From Okamejei kenojei (Eukaryota): 64,000 nt of DNA. The stretch spans positions 41,602,001 to 41,666,000 of the forward strand of contig CM069136.1 in NCBI GenBank assembly GCA_035221665.1. Direction: 5' to 3'. Within the stretch, counting starts at the first letter, position 1. Each line of letters starts with the position of its first letter. Position numbers and translations under genes: made by a program. The notes under the pieces are model-generated. The model was not told the origin of the DNA. It saw only the letters and a program-made list of their open reading frames with translations, and searched no databases. Below are positions 48,922-61,043 of this stretch, piece by piece.

Positions 48922-50294
48922 GAAAGAAAAGAAAAGAAAACATTGTGAAAGTCGTAAGGCAGCAGAAGAGTATTTAAGACATCTGAACGAACGTGAAAAC
49001 ATAGCCCAGCTTTGTCGGCACAGGTGGGCAGGTAATGAGCCAAGTATTATTGGTAGAAATAACTTGCAAACATGGCAGTAGGTTCCTGCAGTATTAAGCG
49101 AGGCTGGCAGTAAAACTGCAGAAACCAGCTGAATAACCTGTCATATTCCAATAGGACACAGGAGAAAAATACCAGTTCACTGCGCTCCCGCACAATTTAA
49201 CACTGCAATTGCAAAAGTTGTTCGTCCAGACATGCGAGTACAAGATGACAGCACATCATGTTCTGCTTTGGTAGCTTACAACCCGACAGTATGAATATTG
49301 AAACCTCCAACTTTAGCTAACAGTCAACGGTAGCACTACTCCAGCACTAAAGCACTTTTTTGTTGTAAACTAGCACCTGAAGTTTCATGTTTCTACATGA
49401 GTGATCCAGGTAAGGATAGGTTAAATGTAAAGATTACAAACAGGGTTTGAACCATATGCAGTATTCGATGTTGAATATTCAATCTACAACTGTAATGTAA
49501 TCTTGCAAGTACATCTTGCTTTTGGGGTATCTTTAGCATAGAAATGCATGCTACGGCACGTTATGGAGGGATTAAAAATGATTTGATGGTGACGTTAGAG
49601 GAAGAAATGGAAAAATTGACGTTCAATAGGCCTATCAGTCAAAGAAAAGTGGAAAGATAAAATTATTCAGAGGTGAGAGTTCTAAAGAGCAGGAAGACCA
49701 AAGGTTTGTCATCAAATTAAAAGTCAAGCAAGTGGAAGATCTTATCACCTCACCTGCCTGGAGGTGCTGAGCTTTGAGGAGGTGGTGAGATGGTAGAAAA
49801 GCAGAGTGAGAGTTGATATTACATAAGAATATCAGAATTCTGGAGGTGACTACAAAAGGAGGGCGACTATGGAATGAATTTCAATTAAAGTTAGATTGTT
49901 AGAGGATAGGGAGCCAGCCAGTGCAAGTCATTGAAACGCCGTGGAATTTTAGAGCCTCATGTAAATTAATACAAGTACCATATAAAATGAATAAATGATC
50001 GTCGAGATTTAAACTGATAACTCCTAACACTTCTCTGGAGTTCAGAATTCCATGCACAATCCAATCAGGAAGCAGCATTTGAAATTTCATTTCCTGTTTT
50101 AGGCAGTTTTATGGTAATTACTAACCTGATATTTTGCATTTCAAGTTTTTATTGAAAGAATAATGTTTATTATTCTCCCAGTGGTTGAGTAGATTGACCT
50201 ATTGATTAAAGAGCCTGTAAAACCAGCACATTTCAAGATTCCATTCCAGATGTGACTTCAGCCAAAGGAATAATGCTTGGTTCACTTTGGAACT

Positions 50295-50430
50295 GTGTAG
50301 GAAGGAACTGCAGATGCAGGTTTAATCCGAAGATAGTCACAAAAAGCTGGAGTAACTCAGCGGGACAGGCAGCATCTCTGGAGAGAAGGAATGGGTGACA
50401 TCACCCTGACACATCACCCATTCCTTCTTC
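50295..50430 (-). mobile_element. Penelope-terminus element with short fold-back, core deleted
   Basis: GAAGGAATGGGTGA / TCACCCATTCCTTC inverted around a short spacer. Confidence 0.8.
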
Positions 50431-51552
50431 ATTCCTTCATAGGACAGGTTAAGGGTGGGTTTCCTGGTGACACCCACATGCTGAAATGCAACAGTAAGAT
50501 GTAGGAGCAGGCCCAGAATAGAATCTTGGATATACCAACAGTATTTGCAGATCACTTGCAGGTATGCCTTTGGCCATTTGTGGAGAGAAAAGGATCAGAC
50601 TAGTAAAATGATGGATGAGAATGGAGAGGTACTGGTGGACGATGATGGGGTCGACAAATGGAGAGGTATGAGGGTGGATCAATTATTTTTTTAATCATAT
50701 TTATTTTTGGGGATATGGGTGTCACAGGCGAGTCCAGAATTTGTTACGCATCCTGAATAGTCCTTGAGAAGGTTAGGTTGGAGGCTCTTTGAGGAACAAC
50801 TCCAAACCTTCTGGTGTACTAGTGCCATAATAGCTTTGGACAAGGAGTTCCAGAATCAGAACCACTTGATAGCACTGTTGATGACTGAAGCTGTCATTAC
50901 TTTGCTGAAGATTGAATGTACGCTGACTGGGAGTAATGACCAGATTACTTTAGTCCTGCCATCTGTGGTTCTTGCTCACAATCAAATATTGGTAGTCACT
51001 TCAAGAGTACTTTCAGTGCTATTAGACAGCAGGAAACTTGGTTGGAAATTTCAGACAAGGAGTCCCAGGAAAGAAGTCCAAAATAATGGGAGGTGACTAT
51101 GCATTTAAAGCTTCTGGTAAGATTAGCCAGCATTACTATTCCTTATAACTACTGGTTTTGTGGCGAATGACTCAGTGGATAGACTTCAACAAAATTGCTC
51201 ATCGTCCACCACAGCAGTGACTCGGTTCAAGTCAATTATCTCGCAGTGGAATCTCTCCGTATTTCTGGGCTCTTTGGCTGCTTTTCTGTTAACCAGGTTT
51301 TGAGGGGCTCCTTTAGGGAAATGTCCTTTTTTAAGACTAGTTGAACTGCAGCACTCAAATTGAGCATCTAATCTCACACCCTCTTCAGTAAAATCTTGTC
51401 ACTGCTGTGTTATCGGCCACTTCTGGCCTCAGCCTTGACGAAGCCACTCTGATGCAGAAATCCCATCCGTATCTTTTTCACTTGCACATTCCCTTTCTAA
51501 ACGCTCCTATCCTAAGTAAACTTTGAGATCATCCAGCTCTCCTTTTTTCATG

Positions 51553-52018
51553 GAAGATAGACACAAAAAGCTGAAATAACTCAGCTGGTCAGGCAGCATT
51601 TCTGAAGAAAAGGAAGAGGTAACGTTTTGGGTCGAGACCCTTCTTCAGACTGAGAATAAGGGGAGAGAGAAATGAGAGATGTAGAAGGTACAAAGAAGAA
51701 ATGAATGAAAGGTATGCAAAAAACAATGATGCTCGAGGAAAGGTGGAGCTCACAATGGTCCATTGTTGGCTTGGGGAAAATGATAACAAGTTATACAAAC
51801 TGTGAAACTCAACAACATTGGGGATGATCAGCCATAATAACATTGAATGGCGGTGCTGGCTTGAAGGGCCGAATGGCCTACTCCTGCACCTATTGTCTAT
51901 TGTCAACAAGACTAGTGAAACTAGTACGATGACTGGGATGGGGGAGGGATGGAGAGAGAGGGGAGCAAGGGCTACTTGATGAGAGAAATCAATATTTATA
52001 CTGCTGGGTTGAAAGCTG
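51553..52018 (-). mobile_element. Penelope 3' UTR/terminus with nested CR1 tail
   Basis: Reverse-complement core CTGAAGAAGGGTCTCGACCCAAAACGTT at ~51621-51648; UTR similar to 43800-44030 and 36505-36680. Confidence 0.8.
51816..51902 (+). mobile_element. CR1-like 3' tail insertion
   Basis: GATCAGCCAT..CATTGAATGGCGG...CCTATTGTCTATTG; TSD TCAACAA 51809-51815 / 51903-51909. Confidence 0.85.
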
Positions 52019-52483
52019 TACATTTTATCCTATCATCCTACTCCATCCATCACTTGTGCCCCTCATCTCTTTCTACCACATCCTCTGAGACTCATTCCCT
52101 TAAACTCTCTGTTCTCAGTTTCCGTTTCCTCTTTTATGGTTCTTCTTAAAATTAACCCCTTCTGGTATGTTTTTGATCGTGCCTAGTTTGATAAGACCTC
52201 TGTGAGGTGGGTTAATATTTGTATTTTATAGCATAAAAAGTAAAAAGGAATGGCAAGGCATTTTAGTGTGTTTTTAACCAAAAAGTAAAAAAAAACATAG
52301 GTTGCTACCTAAAATGAGAGGTGTTAGTTTGTTATAGGACCTGTACTTCAGTTGAGGTTAGGTTTATGTGTCTTTTCCGGAGGCTGTTTAATCTTGGATG
52401 AATGGGATCATCTCAATACAGTTTCTGTTAAGGACATGTATGAGTGCTTGGCTTTGATGTCCTCCATTGGTCTCATATGTTAA

Positions 52484-53031
52484 AGGACCTGTCCCACCAG
52501 CACGCGATTGCATGCGTCTAGCGCGACCAAATGTGGTCGCTTGAGGCGTGCAGCCTCGCGGGGCCAGTCCCAATTCGAACCGCAGAGGCGTATGGAGTTC
52601 TGTGGGGCTGGTCCCGACATCATACTCACCAATCAGCTGGGCAGGAGGCGGGCCGACTGAATTTGGACGTCGCACGGCATCGGGCGATGGCGTCATTACG
52701 CAACGGCACGCCGGGCCGTGACGTCATTCCGCAACGCCACGCGCTAGGCGTACATCGTCAAGACGCTGCGTACGACGTCAAGCCGCTGCGTATGCACGCC
52801 GAGACACTGCGTACGCCCTCAATGCGCCTGCGGGCCGACAGGCCGTTGCCGCGCGGTATATTCGGACAGTGCAAGATTTTTGGAGCCCCGCGCGATGTCG
52901 TGACCAGCCCCGCATAACTCCATACGCCTCCGCCGATTGAAGTGGGACCGGCCCCGCGAGGCCGTACACCTCAAGCGACCATGTTTGGTCGCGCTAGACG
53001 CAGGCAATCGCTTGCTGGTGGGACAGGCCCT
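52484..53031. mobile_element. PIF/Harbinger-like MITE with ~138 bp TIRs, CpG-rich
   Basis: Arms 52484-52621 and 52894-53031 are near reverse complements; termini AGG(A/G)CCTGTCCCAC; TAA on both flanks. Confidence 0.88.
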
Positions 53032-53544
53032 TAAGGCTCATAGTTAAAGTGCGCATCCATATGTGCTCAGGATATCACATCGTTAGGATATAAAAATGTA
53101 AACATTTATATGAGGAGGTTGATGCTTAATTTTTCCAACAACAGCCATTAGAGAAAATCTTCACTGAGTGTGGTCATATGTGAAATAAAAGCTAAGCACA
53201 TCTGTTTATTGAAGATAAACAGAACCATCGTTCTCAGACAGTTGCTCTGAAAAAGAACAGCACTTTACTTCAAAGGCATCAGGATGTTTTGTTTATGTTC
53301 TGTTTGGGCGTCACTCACAGAGGTGTTTCGAAGAACAAGCGAACATCATTTTGACAATGTTATATATTTGGGAATGCACAGCTAAAAGAAAGCTTATACC
53401 ACAAGAAGCAGTGTTAAAGGGCATGAGATAATTGGAGCAGGTAGCCAATTCTAGTTCCATTCCTATCTCTAGGGTGACACCTAATGGAATAGTATTCCGG
53501 GTGAGGTGAGAAAACAGTTGACTTAATGTTAATTACATAACAAT

Positions 53545-54030
53545 CACCACAGCCATTACAATTCACCTTTAATGTGGTAAAACAAGGTGATTCTTAGCAG
53601 TGTTTAGTAAACCAGTCTGACACCAGCCTTCCTAAGGAAATATTGGAATAGTATCCAAAGCCTTTAGGGCCTGTCCCACTTGCCGATTTTTTCGGCGACT
53701 ACTGGTGTCATATCAGTGTCGCCAAAAGATTTTGAACATTTCAAAATCCAGCGGCGACACAAAATGTTGCAGCACTTGAAAAAACACCACCACCGCGTCA
53801 CGCCGTGAATTTTTCGGTGACCTGAAACATCAGCCAATGATGCCGGCAGTCGCCGAAAAAATCGGCAAGTGGGACAGGCCGTTTTGTACTTTTACAAAGT
53901 GTCTTAAACATGATACAGGGAGAGGTTTAGGGAGGGAAACCCAGAGCTGCTGATGATGAGGTTGTTGTAGGTTGGCCAACCAATGGGGAAGGAAATTAAT
54001 CTGGGACCAGCAAGAATTCATAATTGGAGC
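53545..54030 (-). mobile_element. Degraded L2-like 3' fragment hosting a MITE
   Basis: CACCTTTAATGTGGTAAAAC...AAGGAAATATTGG...GTGTCTTAAA...AGAGGTTTAGGGAGGGAA. Confidence 0.5.
53666..53882. mobile_element. PIF/Harbinger-like MITE, short form
   Basis: ~46 bp TIRs AGGGCCTGTCCCACTTGCCGATTTTTTCGGCGACT / AGTCGCCGAAAAAATCGGCAAGTGGGACAGGCC; TTT on both flanks. Confidence 0.85.
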
Positions 54031-54174
54031 AAAGACCTATCGCTGGACATGGGAATTGAGAAGTTTGAAAAGGTAAAGAGAAGCAGGGACATAGAAGAAA
54101 ACAGAAAGGAAAGAAAGCAACAGCCACTCAATGGCTGCAGTTTTCGCCAGAAACCAACAACAGATTTTCAGAAT

Positions 54175-54282
54175 TCATAAGGTCATAAGTGATAGGAGTA
54201 GAATTGGGCCATTCGGCCCATCAAGTCTACTCTGCAATTTAATCATGGCTGATCTATCTCTCCCTCCTAACCATTTTCTCTG
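54175..54282 (-). mobile_element. CR1-like 3' tail
   Basis: TCATAAGGTCATAAG.GATAGGAGTAGAATT.GGCCATTCGGCCC...ATCATGGCTGATC. Confidence 0.75.
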
Positions 54283-54904
54283 TCTTAGAAAGCAATTAGG
54301 CACACAGTAGTGAATTAGAGGCATTGGAATGGTGAAGAGGTAGTGGCGAGATGTAGAAATTATGTCTTATGTATATCTGCCCATCCCCGACATCTCGTCA
54401 CAATCATCAAGTTCCATGCCACAAATTCCTTATATGTGAATATACTTGGCCAATAAACGTATTCATTCATTCATTCATTCATTAAAGATGTCTCATGCCA
54501 CTGCAAGACAGACCTGAGCAAGCTGGCTGAGATCAGAGCATGTAACTGCAGGAATAATTTTGAGGGGCTGTTGTAATTTATGAAACACCCAGTGAAACTT
54601 GTAGAAATATACTGATGAATACAAACCTGAGGCTGACAGATGCAGTAACCAAAACATCAGAGGTGTTACAGAAAGTCTTAGACATATCTCATTTGCTGAT
54701 TTGCCATATGGTTTAATTTTAAAAAAATTGTGTGTCCAATTTGCACAAAAAATTGATGCAAATAGTTTCTCAAATCTGGTGTCTTTTATCTTGAGTACCT
54801 GATGGCAGTTCACCATTAATATAAAAAAGATAATTAATGCTGCCTCAGAGTGTACTTTAGTTTTTTTCATTGTGCCATTAGAATCAGCTAGAATCAGGGG
54901 TGAG

Positions 54905-55090
54905 CAAGAGGAAGAGGACTGGACTTTGCTGCCTTCCCTCACAGTGGGAACCATTGTGGGGGGATGTTTTTATGTTTAATGTTAAATTCTTCTGTAATGT
55001 TGTGTTTTATTTTTATTGATGTGCTGCAAATGGCAACTCAAATTTCACTACACCAATTGGTGTACGTGACAATTAATGTCCTTTGTCCAA
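54905..55090 (+). mobile_element. 3' fragment of the retroposon family seen at 44345
   Basis: Shared blocks with the reverse complement of 44345-44545; no minisatellite in this copy. Confidence 0.6.
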
Positions 55091-57257
55091 AGGAACATAA
55101 GGTGGCAAAGCCTTCCAGAGCATTTCACAGGAATAATATCAAACAAAATATGAGTGCTTTGCATTAAGAAATATTAGGGATGATGACCAAAACCTTCGTA
55201 TTAGATGATTGTGAGTTCAACCTGAATGTCTTTAACATACCGATGCTGTGTTTTGAGTGATTTGGGATAAGACTGGAATGAATGTGTCCTTGGTTGCAGG
55301 CAGGATGACCCACAATTGCTATTCTGGAAAGAGATGGAGACGTCATTGCAGATGGTTCTCTTCCTCTGCCAGCATAGATAGGAATAGACATGCACAAGCA
55401 CACACACCCAGTCTGTTTGGATGCAAAGGAGATTGTGTGGCCAACTTATCCTGGGTTGCAGACAAGCCAAAAAGGAGGAAGATTACCTTATAACAGTCTT
55501 ATAGAATATCACTTGGAATTGCTGTAAAAGTTCCACTTTTTTATTTATAAGCCTAACCTTATTCTTGGTTCAATTCAGCAGTTCTTCCAGAGTAAGCAGC
55601 TTGCAGAGACTGATCTGTGTCAGTATTAAGATATGCTGGTTAATGCATATAGCTCCCTTAGCAAACACTGGAAATGGCCTGAAGGATGCAGGTTCATTGA
55701 AGATTCATACACTTTGTTTCATAAAGAATTTATACACACATAGAGTTCATTGTGGGGAAATGCAAAGGTAAAATCCTGATAACATGCTGCACACAGAACA
55801 CACAATATTGGCATTTTCTCTAATATATTCTGTGCAAAGGACTGCGCTAATTTAAGCTCACCCTCACCTTCTCAAATAATTGAAAATCACAGAACTTCAG
55901 GTGCTTAAGAAAGAACTGCAGATGCTGGAAAAATCAAGGTAGACAAAAATGCTGAATGGTCGGCACAGATATTGTGGGTCGAAGGGCCTATTCCTGCGCT
56001 GTACTTTTCTGTGTTCCAAAGATTGGGTGTGTGACAAGATGGCCTTGCACCGTAGCTCTTCCGTGCTGCATGCCCTGCTGAGTATTTCCAGCACGTATTT
56101 TTCTTTCAACCTTTCCCCACCGATCTTTCAGTGAGCCAGTTGACAGCAGGGACAGCTCCTTCAGCTGGAGGAGCAGCAGGGTTGGGGCTGAACTGAGTCA
56201 TTTTTTAAACTCTTTGTGATGCATTGGATTTCCTTTAGCTACTTTAATGTTCTGTACTTGTTTGTTTTCCCCTCTCCTTTTTGTCTGCCAGGTATCACAG
56301 AGATCATGTAGTCAGCAAGGCAGATTCCACTGTCCCTGCCTCCTTGTCTCGTGTCTTGTTAGCACTCTACACCCGTCTACCACAATCTGGTTAAGCTTCA
56401 CATGTAATTGGATTGGGTGTTGTGCTTCAGGCTGCCCAGTCCTCACATGAATGCAAATCATTGGCTTTGCATTGTTCTGGTCCATGAATGTTGGGGAGTT
56501 TTATCTTTAAGCTGCTTCTGCTATAACCTGGATAGATCAAAAATTTATAACAATAGAATCTCCTGTATTTCCGCACATAACGTTGCAAATTTCTTGCTTT
56601 TAGCCAGGAATATAACATTGATAAATCTTAATATAATAGCAGCTTATTTGAAATTATGCTCTTTGTACTTGTAAATTAAAATGATAAAAACAGATTAAAT
56701 GCATGACTCTGAAACATTTGGTGAATTTACTTTTGATAGTATTTGTGTGCTGTAGCAATGGAGACAAAAAAAAGGGGTGTGAATGTTGACAGGGAGAAAC
56801 AGGAAGACCGTTTCCTTTCTGCAGAAACACTTTTTTTTCCTGAATACGTTTTCTGAAAATATTTTGTTGAATGTTTCTGGGGTAAAGATAGAGTGCCAAA
56901 TTAAAATTACAGGTACTGCAAATACTTGTAGGTATGTAGGTCCCATTGGGTTTACTGTTATGGACTATTCGGGACTTGTAAAATTATGTGGATTAAGTAA
57001 GCATTAATTTCAAATACGAATGAAATTCCTTGTATATTGTAAAACATACTTGGCGAATAAAGTCTGATTCTGATTCTGATTCTGAAAATCTTTAGAAAAC
57101 CTATTCTAATGAACATTGCAAGCAGTAGTTTGTTTGAAATTAAAAGGTCAGCGTTGTCAACAAACAGTGCTGCCTACTGAGATGACCACGAGACAGTCTT
57201 GTATGGAGTATGTTAATTGGCCTTATAAAACCAAAAATCTTCAGCTTAAGTTATTTG

Positions 57258-57810
57258 GCACGGTAGAAAACATTTTATTGGGTAGCATCACAGCTTAGTT
57301 TGGGAACAGCTCTGCCCAGGACAACGAGGAATTGCGGAGAGTTGTGTATGTAGCCCAGTCCAACACACAGGCCGGACTCTCCACCACTGACTCCATCCAC
57401 ACTTCTCGCTTCTTCAGGAAAACAGCCAATATAATCAAGGGTTTTTCACCTCGGTCATTTCCTCTTCTTCCCGCTCCCATCAGACAGTAGATGCAGAAGC
57501 TCAAAAGAATGTACCACTGGGTTTGGAAATACATTCTCTGTTATCAGACGTAAGAACATTTCTCCCATGAACTAGGGTGCAGTCCCAATATCCCTTCCTA
57601 TCTTGTTGCAAACATTGAGATGCTACAATGCTGAAGATTATATTCTGCACTCTGATATTTTTCTCATTACTTTACCTCATCTACTGGTGAAAAGCTTGGT
57701 TATATTAATGTACTGTATTATCTGTTTTAATTTGTATAGCATGCAAACACATGTTTTAAACTCTATCTTGCTACACATGACAATAATAAATCCATACCAA
57801 TGCCAATACC
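57258..57810 (+). mobile_element. Rex1/Babar-like LINE 3' fragment
   Basis: Hand translation VENILLGSITA*FGNSSAQD..ELRRVV.VAQ...SIHTSR..RKTANIIK; UTR ends ACATGACAATAATAAA(TACCAA)n. Confidence 0.75.
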
Positions 57811-58111
57811 AGTTAACCTTCCGTAGAGTTGAACAATATTGAGAAAATTGCTAATTATGTTGGTGTTACCTCTTCTGATTCTACGTCTCTTTACTATCAC
57901 TTTGCCTTAACTTGCTTCCCATTCTTTTGGTATTGTGTGGACAGACCAGCAGGTAGGCAACTGCAAAGATGGACTTATTTTGTGTTCAATTCTGGAAAAG
58001 ATATGGTCTTGAGTAGCTTCAACCAATTATTATTTTTCTCTCGTCAGATTCCCTCAACCATTCACCTTCTTATCTATCACTCCTTCACTCTTCATTGCCA
58101 AGCTATCTTTG

Positions 58112-58415
58112 TGGGCTGCAGTGTGGTGCAGCGGTTAGTGCTGCTGCGGCACCATCCGAGCAACCTTTGTTCTATTCTGATGCTGACAGTATGGAATTTG
58201 CACGCTCTGTGACAGTGTGGGTTTCCTCAGGTGCTCTTGTTTCCAAACACATCACAAATACGTACTGGTCGGTCATCTGGCCACTGTTAATTGCATCCAC
58301 TACAGGCATGGGCAACAGAAGAGTAGGTGGGGAATTGATTGGTCTGTGGGAGGGAATGGGTGACTCGGAAATAAATGTGTGGCACACCGTGGGCCAGCAT
58401 AGATTAAGTGAGCTG
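58112..58415 (+). mobile_element. Older tRNA-derived V-SINE
   Basis: GTGGTGCAGCGGTTAGTGCTGCTG, TGGAATTTGCACG, GTGGGTTTCCTCAGGTGCTC. Confidence 0.7.
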
Positions 58416-58416
58416 A

Positions 58417-58650
58417 ATAGAGTCATAGCGTCATTCAGTGTGGAAACAGGCCCTTCGGCCCAACTTGCCCACACTGGCCAACATATCCCAGCTACACTAG
58501 TCCCACCTGCCTGCGTTTGGTCCATATCCCTCAAAACCTTTCCTATCCATGATCCTGTCTATATCTGTTTTTTAAACGTTGGATAGGCCCAGCCTCAACT
58601 ATCTCCTCTGGCAGCTTGTTCCATACACTCACCACCCTTTGGGCGAAATA
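58417..58650 (-). mobile_element. CR1-like 3' fragment, same subfamily as 17770-18505
   Basis: Near-identical GTGTGGAAACAGGCCCTTCG.CCCAACTTGCCCACACTGGCCAACA..TCCCAGCTACACTAGTCCCACCTGCCTG. Confidence 0.85.
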
Positions 58651-60519
58651 GCCAACTTCATAGTCGTAGGTATTACGAGATCTATTACGAGTCTTTCCAG
58701 CATTCTCTGTCTCTAATCATAGTCTATTTTGCTTTATTTACTCATGGTAAAATCTGTTTTTAAATACTGTCTTTAAACTCAAAACAATGCAGCAGTGGTC
58801 ATAAAAACATTGTTATTTTTACTAACTCACTTCCTCTTTTTCCACAAGAACCGCAGTGTATTATACTCCATTGAAACAATTTAAATATTCTCTCTGTTAC
58901 TTTCTTGATATTTTGAACGCAAAGCTGAGAAAAGCTGCGGAATATTTTCCTTACTAGAGCTAAGTGCTGCTTTCTGGAAATATTGAGCCAATAGCTATGC
59001 TCAGACTGCCTGATCAAAGTTCAGATCACAAGGTTAAGTACTGAGTGAAAATATAGAAACTGAAGCCTTCATGTCAAATCTTTGATGAAGCCATTAAAAG
59101 CTTCAAAACAAATACAGATTGCACAAGCAGTCATATTATTGTGAAATACACATTTAAAAAAAAGTTAAGGTTGAACAAATCTTCAACAAATACGTATAAT
59201 GGAAATTTCAGTTATTGAGGGGGAAAATGGCAGTTTAGAAAATCTTTTTTGGAAAATTAATGCAAACAGATAGTGCAATCTTGTGACCACATTGACGAAT
59301 CAGATGCAAGTGTTTATATTCTAAATATGGACATAGAAACATGAAGATAGATTGAAAATGTGTGACAAAAATATAACAATTGCGAGTACACAGGAACTGT
59401 ACAAATTTATTAACATAGATAAATATTTTTATCAGTATTTTACTTTTTGATTGTGATTCAGTAAGATTCAGTAACATGTAACCTGGTTCCTCATTTCCTT
59501 GTGATCTTCCTTTCTTCTGCGTGTGTACGGTTAACATGTTTCAACTTAATAAAACAAACGCAGTCTGATGTCAATTTTGCTTGGTGAAACAGTATAAACT
59601 GCCATGATTTAAACAGAGTGTGGAAAACACAAAGCTTGACATGAGACATTTAATAAGATTGAAACAAACTTTGCAGGGTCTGAGTTCTGTGAACCTACAT
59701 AAAAGTGCAGTTTAACTTATTTGGACCTTCTGAACCTAGGGCATGCTGTGACAATTTGGCTCCTAATGCATGTGTTATTGCACTGTGACATTTTTGTGCC
59801 AAACATTTGGATATATAGATTCTGCCCTTTTATCCATTATCCCCCACTTAGGCTCATCACTTAATTTTATGTGTTGTAGGTTTCTGTGTCAATATACAAA
59901 TGTTGGGTCTTAATTACTGATTAGCAAATGTTATGTTGTAAGGGTCAGACCCTGTACGAACCAGTAAATGTCATCTAGTCCAAGCCACTGGTGTTAGGGT
60001 GGTCCAGTGGTTCGGTTTCTCTGGCAGTAGGTGCAATCAATGGACACTTCCCACTCTTACTGCTCTGACTCGTTCTAGGCATGGTCTCCTTATTAGCCTT
60101 AAACGTTTAAAATAAATGTTCATTTTGCTTTTCATGCCTTTGAACTAATTTGAAATATTTTCCTCTGAGTGGCTCATTTCATAACGTAACTAGTTGGAAG
60201 GGACATTGCACAAACTCAGCTCTTACCACGCTTTTCAAACTGATTACATGAAGCGAGGGAAGTTACAATAGATGAGCACTTGCCCATGAACCAAATCTGA
60301 GTTCAAATCTGAGGCAGCCTCTTGTCACTTCACTGTTGTTCTGGCTCAGGTTAATGTCACACAGAAATGTGATATTCCATTTCTGGGTACAATTGTCCTT
60401 TCCTCTGATGGTGGAGAATTCCTTGTTCATTCTTGCCTTACTTGACAGTGCAGGGCCATGGAACAACTGTGAAAATGACAATAAAAGAAAAATACAGATT
60501 CTGGAAATCTGAATTATAT

Positions 60520-60839
60520 GGGCAGCACGGTGGTATAGCGGTACACGGTGGTATAGCCTTACAGCACCAGAGATCCATGTTTGATCTTGACTATAGGTGC
60601 TTGTCTGTACAGAATTTGTATGTTCCCCCAGTGACCCGCGTGGGTTTTCTCCGGGATATCCGGTCACCTCCCACACTCCAAAGACGTACATGTTTGTAGG
60701 TTAATAGGCTTTGTATAATTGTAAATTTTCCCTAGTGTGTGTAAGATAGTGTTAATGTGCGGGGATCACTAGTCGGCATGTACTCAGTGGGCCGAAGGGC
60801 CTGTTTCCTCGCTGTATCTCTAAACTAATCTAAACTAAA
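60520..60839 (+). mobile_element. tRNA-derived V-SINE (HE1-like), apparently inside an older Penelope terminus
   Basis: GGGCAGCACGGTGG head with 5' tandem duplication, V-domain, (CTAAA)n tail; flanks ACAGATTCTGGAAATC and AAACTCAGCAGGTCAGACAGC belong to the Penelope-terminus family. Confidence 0.85.
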
Positions 60840-61043
60840 TCCAGAAATCTCAGGAAAAACTCAGCAGGTCAGACAGCTTCTGTGGAAGGAGAAACAGCTA
60901 ACATTTGAGGTCTGAAACCGTTCTTCAAAACTGACGAACATCCAGTTCTGATTAATGTCCTGGGACAGAAACAACGATTTCTCTGCCGAGCATTTTCAAC
61001 ATTTTCTGATTTAATTCCTGCAAAAATGATGGTCAGTGGAAAG

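Noticed and set aside
52484-53031. Host-gene CpG island promoter or coding ORFs 52388-53007
   Set aside because: CpG richness is confined exactly to the TIR-bounded MITE, and the ORFs mirror each other because of the inverted repeats.
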